Shown: positions 61,177 through 64,000 of the stretch, piece by piece
Numbering within the stretch: the stretch's first letter is position 1
Layout of the letters: each line of letters starts with the position of its first letter
Origin: Helicobacteraceae bacterium
GTDB lineage: Bacteria > Campylobacterota > Campylobacteria > Campylobacterales > Sulfurimonadaceae
Assembly: GCA_027063225.1 (NCBI GenBank)
Contig: JAMOSG010000022.1
Coordinates: forward strand, 53,730 to 117,729
Reading direction: 5' to 3'
Length of the DNA stretch: 64,000 nucleotides
The notes under the pieces: generated by a model
Told to the model about the DNA's origin: nothing
Database searches by the model: none
Seen by the model: the letters and a program-made list of their open reading frames with translations, nothing else
Made by a program: the position numbers and the translations under genes

Positions 61177-63458
61177 TATTTCCCTTTCCTTCTAAGTATA
61201 TAATTTAATAAATATTTTCCTGTTAAAGCATAAGCTTCCCTAAACATTGCATTTTTCCAACTTTGTTTAATAATAAATACTAAACTTTGAATTGGATTAA
61301 GAACAGGATGTTTTGCTTCAAATTCATTCCAAGCAGTTGTATTTCCATAAATCAGTTGTATAAGTTTTTGACGTACAGGATAGTTTTTTTCTATATCGTG
61401 AAAATTAAAAATTAATCTACTCCCCCACCCAAATGCTCTCAAAAAGTTAACATCAACTTCAAAGAGTTCACCTTCTACACTAATCATTTCGATTTTAATA
61501 CTTTCTGCATTTTTTAGCATCTCCTCTTTTCCCTCTTTTTTCTTAGGAGAGATACTTACTCCACCCTCACTAATATCAAGAATTTCCCCCGCATATTTTT
61601 TCCCATCAATAATAATATTACAATTATTATGAAGAGGTATTCTAATATATTGTCGAACATCCCCTTTTTCACTCGTTACTGCAATAGCAGTTAGAAGTAA
61701 CATAAGATTTAAAAAGTTCCAAACACTTGTCATTAAAATAACACTGGCATCTTCAGGATGTGCAAAGTATTTATAAAGTGCTACTACAAACCCAAAGCTA
61801 ACAAGAGTGAACATTATAACAAAAGGTATAGCGAAATCACTAACATATGTCTTAGAAATATCAATATCTTTTGGAGTTACTTCAAATTGTGGGTCTCTTG
61901 GGTTCATTGCTGTTTCAATAATAGCAGGTAATGTGAAAAAAGAGAGAGCTGTTTCATAAATCTCTGAAAAAAAAGGGTTACGCACACGAGCATAAAGAAA
62001 AAATGACATCATAACAGCCATAATAATATGGGGAATTACATATGCTACCATCTCAATATCATCAGCACTATAAATTTTTAAACCAAAAAATAAAAAGGCA
62101 AGTGGTGCCATAAAAAATACTACACGTGAAATTGCAAAAAACCAAAAAAATGTCGCACTAAAGTAACTAAGCATCTGGTACCACTTAAGCCCTTTTGACA
62201 TAAATGAATTTTTAATAATAAAAATCTGTACCATTCCCTGTGTCCAACGTATACGCTGAAGAACTAAAGAAGCAAAATCATCTGCTTGCACCCCACGCAC
62301 CATTGGTTTAGCAATATAGGCACTTTTATATCCTTTATCGTGTAACTTAATAGCTGTTTCTGCATCTTCTGTAATTGTTTCCCCTGCAATTCCCCCAAGT
62401 TCATCTAAACAAGATCTTTTTAGAAGTGCTGCTGAACCACAAAAAAATGCACTCTCCCAGCTATCATGCCCTAATTGAATATAACGATAAAACATATCAT
62501 TTTCACTAATAGTTGTACCAAAAACTTTTAAGTTACGCTCAATTGGATCTGCATTGTAAAAAGCATGAGGAGTTTGCACTAAAAACATTTTAGGATCTTT
62601 TAAAAACCATCCAACTGTATTTTGTAAAAATTCAGGTGCTGGAATATGATCTGCATCTAAAATAAGAAGTAAGTCTCCACTTACATAATCGAGTGCGGAG
62701 TTCATATTCCCCGCTTTTGCATGCTCATTTCTTGCACGTGTAATATAAAGTGCTCCCGTATCATCACAAAACTTTTTCAAATAAGCTCGACGCTCTTGTG
62801 CTGCTTTTGCTTTTTGGGGATTTGAATCATTACACTTTTGATCTGTCCCACCATCATCTAAAATACAAACATTAAACTTATCTTTTGGATAATCAAAAGC
62901 AAGTGCTGCAAGTGCTGTTTTTTCAAGCATCTCATAAGGTTCATTATATGTAGGGATAAAAACATCCACAACAGGGTAATCTGCTTCATCATAATCACTC
63001 AATGGAATAGGTTCCCTTTTGAGTACATTCATAGATGTAAAAACACCAAGTAAATAGATACCTACAGCAATTGACTCAGCAAAAAGAAGAAGTAAAGCAC
63101 CAATATAGTCAAAGAAACCATCATAAACTAAAGAAGTTACACGCCAATACATATAGCGAAGTACTAAAATAGTAGCTAAGACTTTAACAAAAAGTCTTAA
63201 ATATTCTGGAATATTCTCAAATTTAAGAACAATGTACATAAAAAATATACTACCATAACCAAAAGCAATTTGTGTATAAATATTACTGTGAGAACTAATT
63301 AATAAATAAACAAGAAGGACCATAAAAATACTAATAAGCCATCTTGCAGTTTTATTATCATAAAAAAGTCTTACAGCAAAATTTGTAAATCTAGTATAAT
63401 AATCAATTACACTATTTTCTAAACTATATAATTTCTCTACCATTTTGTTATAGATCAT
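61176..63458 (-). CDS. bcsA: cellulose synthase catalytic subunit BcsA
   Basis: PTYNE, DDG, HAKAGN, DADH, QTPH, FFCGS, TED, QRIRW, FEVTPK; PilZ RQYIR and DISEGG. Confidence 0.95.
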   Translation of the reverse strand: MIYNKMVEKLYSLENSVIDYYTRFTNFAVRLFYDNKTARWLISIFMVLLVYLLISSHSNIYTQIAFGYGSIFFMYIVLKFENIPEYLRLFVKVLATILVLRYMYWRVTSLVYDGFFDYIGALLLLFAESIAVGIYLLGVFTSMNVLKREPIPLSDYDEADYPVVDVFIPTYNEPYEMLEKTALAALAFDYPKDKFNVCILDDGGTDQKCNDSNPQKAKAAQERRAYLKKFCDDTGALYITRARNEHAKAGNMNSALDYVSGDLLLILDADHIPAPEFLQNTVGWFLKDPKMFLVQTPHAFYNADPIERNLKVFGTTISENDMFYRYIQLGHDSWESAFFCGSAALLKRSCLDELGGIAGETITEDAETAIKLHDKGYKSAYIAKPMVRGVQADDFASLVLQRIRWTQGMVQIFIIKNSFMSKGLKWYQMLSYFSATFFWFFAISRVVFFMAPLAFLFFGLKIYSADDIEMVAYVIPHIIMAVMMSFFLYARVRNPFFSEIYETALSFFTLPAIIETAMNPRDPQFEVTPKDIDISKTYVSDFAIPFVIMFTLVSFGFVVALYKYFAHPEDASVILMTSVWNFLNLMLLLTAIAVTSEKGDVRQYIRIPLHNNCNIIIDGKKYAGEILDISEGGVSISPKKKEGKEEMLKNAESIKIEMISVEGELFEVDVNFLRAFGWGSRLIFNFHDIEKNYPVRQKLIQLIYGNTTAWNEFEAKHPVLNPIQSLVFIIKQSWKNAMFREAYALTGKYLLNYILRRKGK

Positions 63459-64000
63459 CTATCCCAAACATATCATAAACATCGTCATCTTTAGTCTGTT
63501 TTTTTACATCATTTTCTTCCACTTGAGGCATCTCTTCAATAATAGGTTCTAATACCTCTTCTTGAGGTTCTATTTTTCTTATAATTTTTCTTTTTTCTTG
63601 AGGAGAAGGCATTGCTTCTTGTGTTTCGATTTCCTCAAATCCAGCAAAAAAGTCATCCCCTTCCTGAGGTTCTTGCTTTAAATCCCTTACTTTGTGAACT
63701 TCTGGTTGTGCCTCTACAATAATATTTTCTTCTTCTATACTCTTATTATCTCTTTGCTTTGTCACTAATGTGTCTCTATTTCTGGAGTCTCCAAAAAAAG
63801 TGTCACTAGGATGTAATTGTGGAACCTCTTGTTTCGATCCTTGTGTATGTTTCTGAAAGAAATTCTCTTTCTCAATTACATCATCTTTTCTCATTACATG
63901 CGTATTTTTCTTTTGAGAAACATAGTTTTTTTCATCCTCTAAAGGAGCATAACATCTTTTACACTCTTTCCAAAAATCGTAACTATATTTTTGCTCCCCT
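63448..64000 (-). CDS. 5'-truncated hypothetical protein: probable N-terminal zinc ribbon plus acidic disordered tail
   Basis: The frame of ORF 63448-63894 stays open to the window edge and reads GEQKYSYDFWKECKRCYAPL...; overlaps the bcsA start. Confidence 0.65.
   Translation of the reverse strand, partial: GEQKYSYDFWKECKRCYAPLEDEKNYVSQKKNTHVMRKDDVIEKENFFQKHTQGSKQEVPQLHPSDTFFGDSRNRDTLVTKQRDNKSIEEENIIVEAQPEVHKVRDLKQEPQEGDDFFAGFEEIETQEAMPSPQEKRKIIRKIEPQEEVLEPIIEEMPQVEENDVKKQTKDDDVYDMFGIDDL

Noticed and set aside
1-64000. CRISPR arrays, IS elements, integrases, prophage, rRNA
   Set aside because: No repeat-spacer arrays or recognisable transposase, integrase, phage or rRNA sequence seen, including next to the tRNA cluster.

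Overview
AT-rich chromosomal window from a Campylobacterota bacterium (Sulfurimonas-like, judged from flgA-ubiX-coaD-tmk and tlyA-ribF synteny, stand-alone atpB, mqnE and a pgl locus). It opens with a 7-gene tRNA operon and housekeeping genes, followed by an orphan tandem-NosL/ABC/Cys-rich membrane protein operon. A 24-gene minus-strand run (39888 to 15485) carries a protein N-glycosylation (pgl) locus. After it come glnD-glmS, a heme-c diguanylate cyclase and more housekeeping genes, and the window ends in a cellulose synthase (bcsA-B-Z-C) operon. Best candidate for an undescribed system: the pgl locus has no pglD acetyltransferase. An ATP-grasp ligase plus HAD phosphatase sit in its place, as in Neisseria pglB2/orf8 (glyceramido sugar GATDH). 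The locus also has a dehydrogenase/amidotransferase pair, a deacetylase plus Fem-like transferase, and a kinase/Tmk-like/NTase-like trio, which together predict a chemically unusual N-glycan. Other oddities: a LamG domain inserted in BcsB, a SPOR-like domain and recent 336-bp repeats in BcsC, a secreted stand-alone DNA-ligase OB domain, and a tRNA-Glu lacking U33. All calls are motif recognition by eye; no searches were run. No CRISPR array, rRNA or mobile element was seen.
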